A stretch of DNA of 64,000 bases from Lama guanicoe (lineage: Eukaryota), in NCBI GenBank assembly GCA_013239625.1, contig MU053588.1, positions 25,988-89,987 of the forward strand, written 5' to 3'. The position numbers were made by a program, and so were the translations under genes. The notes beneath the pieces are model-generated. The model saw only the letters and a program-made list of their open reading frames with translations, ran no database searches and was not told the DNA's origin. Below, one piece after another: positions 53,312 to 64,000 of this stretch. The number at the start of each line of letters is the position of its first letter. Position 1 is the stretch's first letter.

Positions 53312-54328
53312 TTATAATGTTGACAGGTCAGACCTTATTACGATCATTTATCTACGATGCCTTTTATATTCCTGGCTCTGGGCAACATATGGTGGGACTG
53401 GAAGCTATTGTCATTTACACTTTGGGTCAACACATATTGACTGAAGACTCACGGTGTGTCTGACCCAGTGCTGGTTGCTGGGGACACAGTCACGGATGGC
53501 TCCTGACCTCAAGGAGCTCACAGCCTGGGAGAGAAAGCAATATGTAAAGCCATCAGGGGGAAAGGGTAAGAGCTAGGATGGCAGGACATCTGGGCTACGG
53601 CACGCAGAGAGGTGAATGGTCCATTACATTTTTCAGGCTTCAGAGCCCAGGGTATGTGCAGCTGAGCCTTGTCTGCAGGAAGATGGAGAAACTGCCTTCC
53701 CTGCAGACGGAGCAGCATGAACCAAGGCCTGGGGCCAAATAGTGATCTTAAGGACAGCCAATCACTCAGCTACAGGGGAGCATACAGAGGCTGGTGAGAC
53801 GATGTACTTAAGACAATAAGACATCAATAAAGGGAGAAGTATGTGTAGAAAGCCCATTCTAGAAGGCATGTGGTGAGTTTCTTGCATTCTGTGTCAAGCG
53901 GTACAATGGTAACTGTAAGCAGACTGTACACCGTATCCCTAGAGTAACCACTGTAATCATAGCGAAGAGGTGTCCTGAAGTAAATAAACGGAATTCTAAA
54001 AAATGTCCAATTAATCCACACAAACACACACACACACATAAGAGAAAAGAAACAGTGAAACAAAAGCAGATGGGAGACATACAGAGCTAAATACAAAAAA
54101 GATAGATATAAATCCAACCATAGGTTACATCATTATATTTATATTAAACATAATTAATTATATTTATAGTAAACTATTATACAGTTTATCTATATTTATA
54201 TAATTTATATTTATTTATATTTATATAATTTAATTATATTTATATTAAACTATATTAAATTATAAGGTTATTTAACACATGACTAACACTCCACTTTATA
54301 AGCCTAAACTGTAAAGCAAATCAGCCTC

Positions 54329-54485
54329 TTTTTTTTTTTAATTATAGTTTTTTTGGGGGAGGAGGGAAGGGAGAAGTAATTAGGTTTATTTATTTATATA
54401 TTTTATTGGAGGTACTGGGATTAAACCCAGGACCTTGTGAATGCTAGGCATGCACTCTATCACTGAGCTATACCCTCCCTCCCCC
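54329..54485 (-). mobile_element. tRNA-derived SINE (Vic-1-like)
   Basis: ggaggtactgggattaaacccaggacc...cactgagctataccctcc. Confidence 0.8.
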
Positions 54486-55139
54486 AACGAACACTCCAAA
54501 AGGGCAGAGATTAGGTAAAGTCTAATTACACTGGATTTTAAAAAAAGCAATGCTGCCTGCAAGAGATACAAAACTCACAGAGTCTGAAAGTGAATGGATG
54601 GGAAGAGAAATGTGACAGGTGACCTGGAGGGAAAGGAAAGGAAAGACTCACTCATATCCCAGGTGGAAAGTGAGGTTCACAAGTGGGATGTTAACAGTAA
54701 GACAGAGAAAAACCACTGTAAAGAAGAGCAGAACCTGTACCTTAACTGGTTGTGGGGTGAAGAGAGCATAAGGGTAACACCCTTAAGGCAACTGGGTGAC
54801 CGTGCTGATGAAGTGGAGTCAAGAAAAACAGCAGAAGCAAAGAGGGCGTCGTACTAAAGCTGTGTGAGCCATCAGCCCAGAAGTGGTAGCTAAAGTTGTC
54901 ACACGGTGCGGGATCCGCCTGCGAGGAGACAAGAGGAGCCAAGTGCTCAGGCCAGAGCCACGAGGGACACTCATATGTAAGAGGCCAACAGCAGAAGAGT
55001 TCAGCGGGAGACCCAGAGGCGCAATTGTGGAAAGGAGGCTTCCCAGCCCAGCAATCCTCTGGTTTGGGGCACAGAGAACAAATTCTCCAAAGAGCCCAGT
55101 GCCCTGGGACCCTGCTGCTGAGGGAGACCCACCGCTACT

Positions 55140-56590
55140 AACCTAAGAAGGCACCTGGGATATTGTGATGTATGAAGAAATGCATCTGTGCCCTGATTCC
55201 TGGCACAGAGCTCCTTAAACCCCCGAAACTTCCGGAGTGCTAGGAGCAATAGGAGTGTCTTTTGTTACTTGTAACAAGTACCTGTCAACCGTACAGAGTT
55301 TATGCTAATGACATAACTCTTGGAAGATAGGGGCTGGTTGCCAGAGGAACCAGTTATGTGATTAGAGAATCAGAACCTGTAGCCACAGATCCCCCCGTCT
55401 CTGGCGAGGGGAGAGGGATTTGAGATTGCGCTAATCACCAAAGGCCAATAATTTAACCAACTAGGCCTACATGATGGAACCTCCATAAAATCCCTGGAGA
55501 GCTTCCAGGTTGATGAACACATCCAGGGCTGGAGAGGGGCACCTCAAACTCCACGGGGACGTAAGCTCCTGTGCTCAGGACCCTACTTTGCCCCAAGTAC
55601 CTCTTCATCTGGCTGTTCATTTTGGGGGGGATGTGGGAGGGGTAGGTAATTAGGTTTATTTACTTATTTAAATGGAAGCACTGGGGATTGAACCCAGGAC
55701 CTCGTGCTTGCTAGGCATGGACTCCACCTCTGATCTACACCCTCCCCCCTTGGTTGTTCATTTGTATCCTTTATAATAAACCTGTGATGGTAAATAAAGT
55801 GATTCCCTGAGTTCTGTGAGTTACAGCAAGTTAAGACTGAAGAGGGAGTCATGGGAACCACCGATTTATAGCTGGTTGACCAGAAGTTCAGGTGACAATC
55901 TGAGACTTGTGACTGGCATCTGAAGTGGTGGGCAGTCTTGGGAGACTGAGTCCCTAACTTGTCTGCACAGAATTGGGAGAATTGTTGGAATGGCGGAAAA
56001 AAACTTCCTCTATTCCTGTAAGTAGAAGAAACAGTTTTGCAACTGTAGAGAATTTAATCTTGCCCAAGGAGAGGTCTGATCTTTGCCCTCAGCTCTTGGG
56101 AGTTAATCTCTAAGCGCCTGGAATGTCCTCCAGGGTAAGAGTGGCTTCTTTTTTTCACCGGGGGTCCTTGGGCTGCACCAGGAAGTCTAGCAATGTGATT
56201 TATGGGTCACAGGCATCAGGTCAACCTCCAGAGCGGCTGGAGACTGAGGTCAGCAGTCAACCATGCCTAGTGACCAATCCCCCAAAAAAACTCTGGACGC
56301 CATGATTTAGGTGGGCTTCCCTGATTGGCAATACTCTATATGGTCACACGTGGTGGCTGGGAAAATTCAGCACTGTCCACAACTCTGCTGGGAGAGGACA
56401 GATGGACATGCTGTGTGAGGGGCTCTCCTGGACTCTGCCCCAAGTATCTTTTTTCTTGGCTGATTTTAATCTGTGTACTTTTGCTGTAATAAACCCTGAC
56501 TGTGAGTGTAACATTCTGTGAGTCCTTCTAGAGAATTATCAAACCTGAGGGTGGTCTTGGGACCCTCCAAACTTACCACTGCTGTCAGAA
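55140..56590 (+). mobile_element. MER21-like ERVL LTR sequence, with a minus-strand SINE nested at about 55621-55750 (TSD tgg(c/t)tgttcattt)
   Basis: MER21-type motifs: ccctgattcctggcacagagctcctt, ggctggttgccagaggaacca, ccctgagttctgtgag, gagtccttctagagaattatcaaacctgagggtggtcttggg. Confidence 0.7.
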
Positions 56591-59500
56591 GGGAGGGTGG
56601 CTCTGTGGGCTGCTTGCTAACTTCACACTGGCTGACAGACACGAGGGGCAATGGAGCAGATCAGCAAAAAGGATGGACTTCAGGGCAGGACTGCTTGAGT
56701 TCAACTACAGGCTCCGCCACTAAATGAGTGACCCTGGGGAAGCTATTTAACCTCTCTGTGCCTCAGTATTCTCATCTGTTAAATGGAGATAATAATAGTG
56801 TATGTTTCTTAGTTATGTGGTTTACATGCATTAACATGTGTAAACTATGCCTGGCATATAACAGCACTATATAAAGGTAACTATTTTATTTAAGGAGAAA
56901 AAGACTGTAAATCAATACTTTAAAATCTATTAAGAAAGGGAAAACAATTTAAAGGACAAAAAAAAAGAGGGGGTGGCCAGGGTCTGTGACTGGGTGTCGG
57001 TGGGGTGGCGAGCCCTAGGGCACTGCACAGTGCCAGTGACACCGGCCCTTCCCCTCCGGGATTGGCCAGAGGAAGGAAGCGCTGACAGGGCCCCGCAGAG
57101 GCTGAAGGGGCTGAGAGCAGCCACTCTCCACTCTCAAGAGGCTCAGGTCTCCTTGAAGAATGTCAGGTCTCACAGCGGTACCTGAGCAGTGGCCCAGGCA
57201 GGTGGACCCGAAGGCAGGACCAGAACCGGGGTGGAGGCCATGTAGGCTGGCCCAGGAGACCCTAAGACCCACACAAAGGCCATGGCACAGAGAAGGTGCC
57301 AACCACACAGCCTCTTTGATGCCAGAACGTACCACAGGAGCAGGAGAGCAGCAGTCAGGCTTCGCCACAGAGCACAGGGCCTGGCTCAGTGATAGGCTCT
57401 GGGTCAGCATTTCCCCAACAGAGCTAACTGGGATGGGGCGGGGTGGGGTCGGGTGGGACAGAATGGAAGGGGAATAGCCCAGAACAGAGCAAAACAGAAA
57501 AGATATAATTCTGCACCCTAGAGGCCATGCCATTTTCACCAAACACAGGGAAGAAGAGGAGAGAGACGGAAGAAACACTAAGGCCGTAAAATTAGCAAAA
57601 CTTGGTGACTGAGTGTGACAAGCGGAAGGCAGGGAGAAATCAAGGACAAACCTCAGGGTCCTGGCTTGCCTGGTGGGATGGTACCATCTCCTGAGATGGG
57701 AAACAGGGAAGAAGGGACAGAAACCAGGAGTTCAACTTTGTACACGTTAAACGTGAAGTGCTACGAGGCAGCCAGGGATGATGCCGATCACGTCGTGGGC
57801 AAAGGGCGCGGCAGCTCTGGGAGGAGGCCTGGGCTTGGGTGCAGAGGCGGGCGTCACCTGTACACTCACCAGTATCCACCTGAGAGTGGATGAAACCAGC
57901 CCCAGAGGCCCCACAGAAACATCAGCACCTAAGAGGTAAGAAGACGGAAAGAGAAACCACAGAAGATGTTGAGAAGCTGTAGGGAAGCACTGTCCCCGGC
58001 ATGAAGGAGGGAGGACTAACCTCAGGGAGTGTCATAACAAAGTCTATTCCAAGCACTTTACCTACATTAGTTAATGCTACGTCCATACTACAAAGGAGAA
58101 AACAGGCAGAGAGGTTCAAGGACTTGCCAAAAACTGGGATTCAGATTCAGCAGTCTGGTCTGAGCGCTCTCACCCAGAACATGGGGCTGCCTTTCAGACA
58201 GAAGAAGGAGACAAAAAGTACAGCTGAATTCAGCACAACCATCAAAAAGCATCCCTGACTTCAGCCTCAGCAAAGTCACCTGGGACCTCGGCCAGAAAAG
58301 TTTTATTTAAGTGGGAAGAGAGGATTCTGCACTCAAGAAAAAATGAGAAACAGAAGGTAGAAACATCAAGAGCGAGGAAATCACTTCAGGAGATGAAGGA
58401 GACCAGAAGGGAAAGGAAAGGACGTTTTGGTTTACAAATGGTAATGGTTTCTAGGGTTGGAGACACTGACAGTGGTTGTAGGGACGAGAGAAAAGAACTC
58501 AGAGAGGGGAGAGATGGGTCTCCGGAATGAGACGTAGGAAAGCAGGGGCTCTGGGGCTGCGGGGATTCCGCCCAGGGCACAGGGTCCTTCACCATCCAAA
58601 ATCAGTGAGGAAGGTACAGGGGCCGGGAAGACCTCACACCGAGTCATGCTAGGGAATAAGATGTTCAACTGTTTGCTGCCAAACTAGCAGAGACACCTAA
58701 AGGGAAAGACAGAAACTTAAACAATGGGCAGTTCATCTGTTCCCCAATCTTGATACCTTAGATCAAAATCAGGACTTCTGTAAACTTGGAGGAATCTTCC
58801 TGCCCCCTCACAGAAGAAGTAATATTTATATTTTCACTTTCTTTTAACTGGAATTTAGCATTTTCTGCCGTTACCCATGGGCCACAAAGCACAGAGGAGT
58901 TAAAACTTCCCGCAACTTTGACATTGATAGAAAACAGTCACGTCATTGGGAAGCTGAGACCGTGGTGGTTTTGGTCACCTGGGGAACTGAGAGCTTTGCC
59001 TTGGGGCTAACACTCAACTCCGAGGGATGAGTTGAAGCCCTGCAGAAAACAGGCTTTTGTATTGTTAGTGATCGTTAGTTAAGAATTTTGTCCACTCTTT
59101 CAGTGCTGCTCACACTTTCATGTGCATAAGGATGTCCAGAGCTTGTTAGGCAAAGATTCTCAGGCCCCACCCACAGTTAACTGGTCCAGCAGGTGTGGCT
59201 GGGATTTGCCATTCGGTATGTCTAACAAGCTTCCAGGAGATGCTCTCGTCCTGGGACCACGCTGTCAGCAACAGTACTGCCCGACCTCAGCCATAAGAAG
59301 GCCCCTCAGGGAAATGTCTTTAGAAAAAAGTGCCTTAAAAAGCTAAGTTTTCTCTTGGAAATAACAATATGTTTCTTCCTTATGGCCAGCACAAACCATG
59401 GGCTGTCTCTGCCTTTTTGCTGGGCTACCAGGAAGCGCACAGTTAGTGACTCTTGCTGGAATCTCCCCCTTGTACATCACACATTACAACAAAGAATGTG

Positions 59501-59699
59501 CCTTGCATCATTGCTTGTAATATCAAATTTGGAAACTACCAGAATGTCCATAAAATGGAGGGGGGAGTATATTGTATGTTCCATGCATATTATGGAGCAT
59601 TATGTATGTTGTTTAAAAAAAACATACCGATATGGTACCATCTCTTGGACATTTTAATCAGGGGGGAAAAGGGTAGAGTAGTATGTATAATAAGTGTCT

Positions 59700-60115
59700 G
59701 GCCACTGTATCTCTGTGTAGCGAGAGGCTGTGGCGTTCCCAAATCCCCCTGGAGTACCAAGGTACTTCTCCCAGCTGCTAGGAGACGGCTGGCTGTTGCA
59801 GGCTTGAGGCCTTTTGAGAATTTCCCTTGGTCAAAGGGAGCCACTCCACCCATGGTTACACGCCCTCCCTGGGGCAGCCTACAGCCAAGGACTGATGGAT
59901 TTCAGAATGCAGTGGCCTCTGTGCCTCCGTTCAGGACAACACGGAGGACCATCCCAACTCCAGAGCATCTTGTAAGATCAGCTGATGCTTCTGTTCAACA
60001 ACTCCCTCTGCCCACTCTGCTTCCTTCACTGACTTACAGGTGTTCCAAGAGCCTCCCTAGTAAACCTCCTGCTTGCAGATCTCCACCCCCAAGTCCGCTT
60101 TCCTGAGAACCCAGC
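59700..60115 (+). mobile_element. LTR16-like ERVL LTR
   Basis: ccatcccaactccagagc...ctccctctgcccactctgcttcctt...taaacctcctgc...ttcctgagaaccc. Confidence 0.6.
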
Positions 60116-60207
60116 ACATGACAGAGCATATGTGGTTGAAGTGCATGTATTTTTTCTAGAACAGTTTCCCCAAGAAGGGAAAGTAGGCTTGTTAATGTCA
60201 TACTTAC

Positions 60208-60222
60208 CTGGTACTCAATCAT
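60208..60222 (-). CDS. ZNF793: ZNF793 first coding segment MIEYQ (exon 60253-60208)
   Basis: cttcacag|GCCACAGATC...ATGATTGAGTACCAG|gtaagt; MIEYQ is the recalled ZNF793 N-terminus; phase 0 fits the KRAB-A exon. Confidence 0.85.
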
Positions 60223-60688
60223 TTTCTGTTGTTCTTGGAAAAAGATCTGTGGCCTGTGAAGATAGATTGGAGGGAGGAGGATGGAGAAGGAGAGAAGAGA
60301 GCTGTGAGAGACCAGGCTTGTTTTAGGACTTGCAAATTCCCTACGTAACTCCTGCACAAAAACCCATGCTTTAAGTCATTGTGGTAGAAGGAAAACATGG
60401 TGCCATTCAACCCAGAATGTGGATGCACAGAACAGACTTCCCGGGAAGCAAAAGCCACTACCATGTGAGAACTGGAAATTATTAAAAGCCAAAAATCCTT
60501 CAAACTTATGCCACTGGTCCCAAGTATAAACCAGAAAAGGGGCTTCCATATCTGTTATGATAATATCACAAAGAACGCAAAGCAGAGCAAAGTAACTGTC
60601 TAACTTCAACAAAACTAATGGTTACTTAAACTGTGGTACAAATAATTACTGGAAGTCTAAACCTTGTTATTCACCCAGCAGATTATTA

Positions 60689-60965
60689 TTTTTTTTGCCT
60701 CTACAATAAATGGTTTTATTTTTAATTTTTTTTACATTTTTCTATTGAGTTATAGTCATTTTACAATGTTGTGTCAAATTCCAGTGTAGAGCACAATTTT
60801 TCAGTAATACATGAACATACATATATTCATTGTCACATTGTTTTTTTTGCTGTGAGCTACCACAAGATCTTGTATATATTTCCCTGTGCTATACAGTATA
60901 ATCTTGTTTATCTATTCTACATATACCTGTCAGTATCTACAAATTTTGAAATCCCATTCTGTCCC
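60689..60965 (-). mobile_element. Short L1 3' end with 18-bp TSD ttcacccagcagattatt
   Basis: TSD seen on both sides; L1 3' UTR motifs tttacaatgttgtgtcaaatt, ttccctgtgctatacagta. Confidence 0.8.
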
Positions 60966-61799
60966 TTCACCCAGCAGATTATTCAGTGTTGTCATTAAAA
61001 AATAATGTTCAACCGCTGACAACAAACAACTCAAGATGTTTAATTAAAGAAATAACTGTAATGGCTTAAATTATTTTTAAAAGGGCAAATCATAGGTTAA
61101 GAGTATAAATAAATACTTTGATGTACTTGAACATTTAATGTTAGAACTATATTAAAATTACCAGTGGAATAACTCTTGGTTTTTAAAAATTATATCTTTC
61201 GTGGCGATTCTCACTGAAGTAACCGGGCACAGTGTCATCCTGACCAGAAAAGCCTGCCAGCACCCAGATTCTGATCGCTACCACTCATTCTCACCAGAAA
61301 GAACTAGAGCTCCTTGGAAAATGTCTGAGTCCATCATCTGGAACAAAGAATACAAGGTGCACCTTTACAATCTTGAGTGTCAGAAAGCAAGGACCCTTCC
61401 TCAGTGGATAGGTCCAGGCAAGGGGGTGAGTAGAGGCCAGCCTCAAGGGGCTCCAACCTTGCAAGCAGTAGCGCTGGAGAAAACTGGCCATATCTACCCA
61501 AGTTAAACATATGAATATGGCCTCGTAGTTCCGTATGAATGCATATGTTCACAAAGCTTTAGTCTATAAAAACTATAAATATGTAGTGATAATCAAAAAT
61601 CACAATATTAAAATTTTCCTTTTAAAATAACTGGCACTATAATTAGATAAGACTACTATAACTTGGAGGTTCCCTATTTCCAAAAAATACACATATTGGG
61701 AAATACGGAACTAAATTCATATAAAACATTAATAAAGAACATTCAAGCTTTTCACTCACAGTAGTGAGAAACCTTATAAATAGGTCTGAATATACTGTG

Positions 61800-62690
61800 C
61801 TAGTAAGCTACAGCCTGGCATTGAAAATCCACATCCAGGAGCAACAAGAGGTCTGACTTGTGGCTGGTGGGACTGCAATTTGGTTCAATCATTTTGGAGA
61901 ACTGTTTGGCCATATCTGCCAAAGCTGAATGTAGAATCCCCGTGACCCAGCAGTCCCACCCCTGGGTATATACTAGAGAAATAAATGCATAGTGTTCAAT
62001 GAAGACTTGAATAAGAATGTTCATGGCAGCTTTGATCATAGTAAGTCAAAACCAGAAACTGCCCAGGAGAACGAGATAATTGTGGTGTGTCCATATAATG
62101 GAATACTATTCAGCAATAAAAAGGAATGAACTGCTGACATCCATGCAATCCATGTGGATCTCACAGATATTATGTCCAATGAAAGAAGTCAAACTTAGGA
62201 AGAATATACTGGATAATTCCATTTCTAGGGAGTTCCAGAACAGGTAAAATTATGGTGAGAGAGTCAGAATGTGGGAAGGGGATGGATATTACTGAGATGG
62301 GGTAGGAAGGAGCCTTCTAGCATAGGGGGTCAGCCAACTTTTTATTTGAAAGACCAGACAGTAAATATTTTTGGCTTTGTGGGTCCTATGGAGTTTGCCA
62401 CAACTATTCAATTCTGCTGTTCTAGCATGAAAGCAGCCACTGATATTGATACAGAAGTGAATGAGTACAGCTGTGTTCCAATAAAACTTTAATTACAAAC
62501 AGAGATGGCAGGCCAGATTTGGCTCATGAGCAATCGTATGCCAACCCCAGCTCTAAGGTGGTGGAAACGTTGCTCTAAGTGATAGTTACATGAATGTGTG
62601 TATGTATTTAAAAATCCATCAAGTTGTATATTTACTATTTGTATGTTTTGCTCTATGTCTTTTATACCTCAGTAAAAGAGACAAGGAAAA
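61800..62690 (+). mobile_element. Old L1M 3' end interrupted by a MER58-like DNA transposon (about 62322-62552)
   Basis: L1 motifs ggaatactattcagcaataaaaaggaatgaa; MER58 motifs ggggtcagccaact...gctgtgttccaataaaacttt...tgccaacccc. Confidence 0.7.
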
Positions 62691-62756
62691 GAAAGGCAAA
62701 AAGCAAATGGCAAGACGTAGACAAAATAACTCCTACATCCACCAGAACTGACTCAC

Positions 62757-62960
62757 ACCTTTGAGGGCAGGAAAACCATCCCACCACTGCGCGGGCGACA
62801 AGAGCTTGTTTCCTGACTGGCATTCTTGAGCTGTGGCCCTGATGACTGACAACTCAAACAGTGACAGCCTCACAGCTGATTCCCACCAGATCCAGGCTTT
62901 GCCCACTGAGAAATAGTCTAGGAGGACAACTTTCAAAACGGAGCAACTCATATCTCTCCT
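62757..62960 (-). other. ZNF793: Candidate ZNF793 5'-UTR exon
   Basis: Minus-strand acceptor ctctttttgcag| and donor |gtgagt upstream of the ATG exon; no coding support. Confidence 0.35.
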
Positions 62961-63901
62961 CTGCAAAAAGAGGAGATTGTAATCTTCCCATGGGACAGAG
63001 AAGAGCTTTTCTTGAATACAGTGACATTCATACAAACATAATGTTTGACTATCCTGGTGTCCTCTCCTGTAAAAACAGGTCTAGCCAATTACTCTCCTAA
63101 GGTTTCTTTACATAATGATGATTAATCCCTCCAACCTTAGTGACTGCCGAAGTCTTACAGCTGATCACAGATCAAAGAAAATTAACTAGAAGAGATCGAG
63201 AAAAACTGGCCACAACTGGAATAACAGACTTTCATTATATACTTTCATGTGTCACGTAAGCGTGGGAACTTCAAAATGACTTATTCTAACTGTCACATAA
63301 ATATAAAAGGACGTCAGTGTCCCTAAATACTAAAAGCCTGCTACTTAGAGTCTTTGCTCTGACAAGAGATTTGGACCCTGGTGACTCCTTCAGAAGAAGA
63401 TCCCCTCTCTGGGACCTCAGGGTCTTTTACCTGGCCCGTTAGGCCCTCAAGCTCCATCTCTCAAAGGTAACTCACCCTCAGCTGCAGCCACTGACAGAGG
63501 CTTCTGCAGATGTGACTGAGGTCCTGTGGCCCCAAGGAGAGCCCTGCTGTCCAACAAGGTGCTGGGACCCAAAGGTGTACACTCAGGAGACCTGAAGATA
63601 AGCAGACCCAATGGTGAGAAGTCATCCAGCAGCCCCCAATACTCTGGGGCCAGGGAGGAAGAAGCCTGCAAGAGGGCTGAGCCGCAGACATATCTGAGTG
63701 ACGGCTGTGCTCCGGGTTTGGGGCAGGGGCAACTTCTGGTAAGACCCTGAGCCTACAAGTCACTCGGACAGATGTCTGAAAGCCAAGCGATTCCTTTAAC
63801 TGACTGAAGGAGTCTAGGCCAGACAGTTTACCTCCCTGGGCCTCATTTTCCTCACCTGTGAAAACAGGAATGATAAACAATAATTTTAAAAAGCCCATCC
63901 T

Positions 63902-64000
63902 GGTGGGGAGGGCATAGCTCAGCAGTAGAGTGCATGCTTGGCATGCAGGAGGCCCTAGGTTCAATCCCCAGTACCTCCATTAAAAATAATAAATAAACCT
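63902..64000 (+). mobile_element. tRNA-derived SINE (Vic-1-like), runs to window end
   Basis: ggggagggcatagctcagcagtagagtgcatgcttggcatgcaggaggccctaggttcaatccccagtacctcca. Confidence 0.85.

Noticed and set aside
57015..57893. 187-aa and neighbouring ORFs in a ZNF793 intron
   Set aside because: GC-richer, repeat-like intronic DNA with no domain resemblance or exon structure.
59453..60106. 217-aa ORF
   Set aside because: Non-ATG start; runs across an L1 remnant and an LTR16-like element; chance open frame.

Overview
Mammalian nuclear DNA, probably camelid: it carries seven tRNA-Ala-derived SINEs resembling Vic-1. The window is a mosaic of gene pieces. (1) 0.4-9 kb, + strand: the last five coding exons of an ANKRD26/CCDC144-family gene, with a 75-bp in-frame internal duplication and a premature stop in the penultimate exon. 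(2) About 24.5-31.4 kb, + strand: CpG-island promoter, intact coding exon 1 and start of intron 1 of a GPR158 copy, with no further GPR158 exons seen. (3) About 32-35.6 kb, - strand: one orphan ARL5B exon that is absent from the ORF track. (4) 35.7-38 kb, + strand: a 5'-truncated PRAME/LRRC14-family LRR gene with a frameshifted middle exon and an intact last exon. (5) 48.4-60.3 kb, - strand: a complete KRAB zinc-finger gene, ZNF793. From recall, human ANKRD26, GPR158 and ARL5B lie megabases apart on 10p12 and ZNF793 is on 19q13, so this looks like a segmental-duplication hub or an assembly chimera. The leading hypothesis is a chimeric gene: the phase-2 GPR158 exon-1 donor can splice in frame to the phase-2 acceptor of the intact LRR last exon, giving a 476-aa signal peptide/partial Cache domain/LRR protein under the GPR158 promoter. 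Several local template-switch scars and two probable gap-fill artefacts are also present. Comparisons with human proteins and repeat-family names are from memory and need alignment to confirm.
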